From positions 20,710,001 through 20,774,000 of the forward strand of contig NC_058383.1 of NCBI RefSeq assembly GCF_018350175.1: 64,000 nucleotides of DNA, read 5' to 3'. The notes beneath the pieces are model-generated. The model was not told the origin of the DNA. It worked only from the letters and a program-made list of their open reading frames with translations, and did no database searches. A program made the translations under genes and the position numbers. The stretch comes from Felis catus (taxonomy: Eukaryota). Below, in pieces: positions 62,203 through 64,000 of this stretch (within the stretch, counting starts at the first letter, position 1; the number at the start of each line of letters is the position of its first letter).

Positions 62203-63086
62203 TAACAGCGTCTCGCTCTCTTCTTTTCAAAAGCCATGACCAAAGAGAAACGCAGCCTTGGGGGACCCTTCCAGTAGAAGCGTCTCCCCACAATCTACCC
62301 GCTGGAAGCGAAGAGGCGGCCATCCGCCACGATACCTCTAAGAGACGGAGAGCCTTGAAGGCAGAGCGACGGTGGCCAGAGGTGCTGGCGGGCCCCAGAC
62401 ACAACCCTACGGCCGCGCTCCACGGTCCACATAAATTACCTTTGGGCACGGAGCTAAACGAAAGAACTCAGGATAATCCCGCATTTTAGTAGAGCCTCCC
62501 TCTCTGCAACGCGGTCTCCCGCCAAACAGACCACATCTGCACAGGCCTGTGCCGAATGCATCCCGGCCGGCAGGCCTGTGATTTAAGACCGGGTCTTCCT
62601 TGTCTCCATACTACATAATGAAGTCAGTCACATTTTATTGCCAAATGGCCCCGGTAATGCCTCCGTAACTGCCCATCGAAGGTGCTCTTGCTTTCGGGAA
62701 TAAAGAGCGAATTTGAATTTCACCAAGATAAACTCGTGGCTGGGTCAATACATCGCATGGTTATCGTGTGTGCCCTGCACTTTATCTATTTTTAGGCCTT
62801 GCTCCTGCAAGGAAATAAAAATGTATTACCCGACTGTGTAAAAGCCACGGCCCTGGGGGAGAGCAGGCACATTTGTGAACTGTTCTCTGTGGGGTGGTGG
62901 GGGGGGGGGCAGAGGGAGGCAAGGGTTTCGCGGCTGGTAGAAAAAAAAATGCAGCAGGGAGCGGGAGAGGGGCAACAGAAAGAAGGAAAAATCACTTATT
63001 GGAGCCAACGTTGCATTTTAAAAAGGCATTTTTTTTCGTGGGCGACATTCAATCCTCCAACAAGAGTTTCGAGTGATTGGCCTCAT

Positions 63087-63293
63087 CTTTTTTTTTTCTT
63101 TTTTAAATGTTTATTTATTCTTTAAGAGAGAGAGAACGAGCAGGGGAGGGGCAGAGAGAGTCGGGGACAGAGCATCGGAAGCCAGCTCCGCACTGAGAGC
63201 CGAGAGCCCCACGCGGGGCTCAAACTCACAAACCGTGAGATCATGAGCTGAGCCCAAGTCGGCCGCTTAACCGACTGAGCCACCCAGGCGCCT
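63087..63293 (-). mobile_element. Can-SINE
   Basis: TSD GATTGGCCTC(A/G)TCTT. Confidence 0.95.
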
Positions 63294-64000
63294 CACGATT
63301 GGCCTCGTCTTACACAAGGGGGAGACTGAGAGGACCAGCGGGGGAAGGGGGCCCTTTCAAGGTCACATGGATTCTGGATCTGAGACGGCCGCCATGTTTC
63401 TGGTTCTCTCTCCTTACAGGTGCATGCGGAGGTCACCCTCCCCTGCCCTTTCGGAGGCAGCTGTGACCTGTGACTCGCTTTGGACACCCAGTGAGCCAAA
63501 GGAGAGGGTGTCCCTTCCAGCGGGAGGTCTGAGAGCCAGAGCACCTACAACTCGCGACTTTCTCCACGCTATGACAAAACCAGAGTCCTGGATGGCAGCT
63601 GTCTGGGGAGCGTGGGTCCCCAGGTGAGAAGACAGCTCCCGCAGAGCCATGGTGGACGCACAGCAAACATGAAAAAAGCCCTTGGCTGTCCCACACCTCT
63701 GGGCGCTGGGCCCTACTTGTTACTGAGGCATAACCCCACCCATCCTGACGCTCCGCCCCAGGGCTGGGCTTTTCCACTCCACTGAGCAAAGCCAGGTTTG
63801 AGTTTAGGTCTCCCGAATCCAAGCTCACGGTTTTGCCCGGGGCCTTCCTTCTTCCCTTAGGAGGTCCTCTATTCTTTCATACCTACTTTGCAGAACAGGA
63901 AATGACGCTTTGGAGAAGCCACCTGCGTGAGGGCACGGCACCAAGAACTAGCCCCACGACGTCGACCTCAGCATCAGAGCTCCTCTGAGCCTCCTTTCCT

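Overview
Mammalian nuclear DNA, almost certainly from a felid (cat-like) genome. It carries about 42 tRNA-derived Can-SINE copies (GGGGCGCCTGGGTGGCTCAGTCGGTT...(CT)n...AATAAA/poly-A), including felid-type young variants. I recognise no protein-coding exon, RNA gene or CRISPR-like array. The short ORFs in the track are mostly SINE, LINE or LTR read-throughs, so the window looks intronic or intergenic. The rest is a mosaic of older mammalian repeats: L1, L2, L3/CR1, MIR, MLT1/LTR16/MER31-type LTRs, a ~2.5 kb ERV1-like internal fragment, and MER5A/MER58/MER44/Tigger1 DNA transposons, often nested. Family names come from my recall of consensus sequences, not from a search, and boundaries are approximate. 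The most interesting signals are a CpG-rich promoter-like module built on an old MaLR LTR (5.6-6.6 kb), a PBX-HOX motif-dense candidate enhancer (11.0-11.5 kb), several other TAAT-rich repeat-free blocks, and unusually high CpG content in ancient repeats beyond ~8 kb. The sequence does not support a claim of a wholly new biological system.
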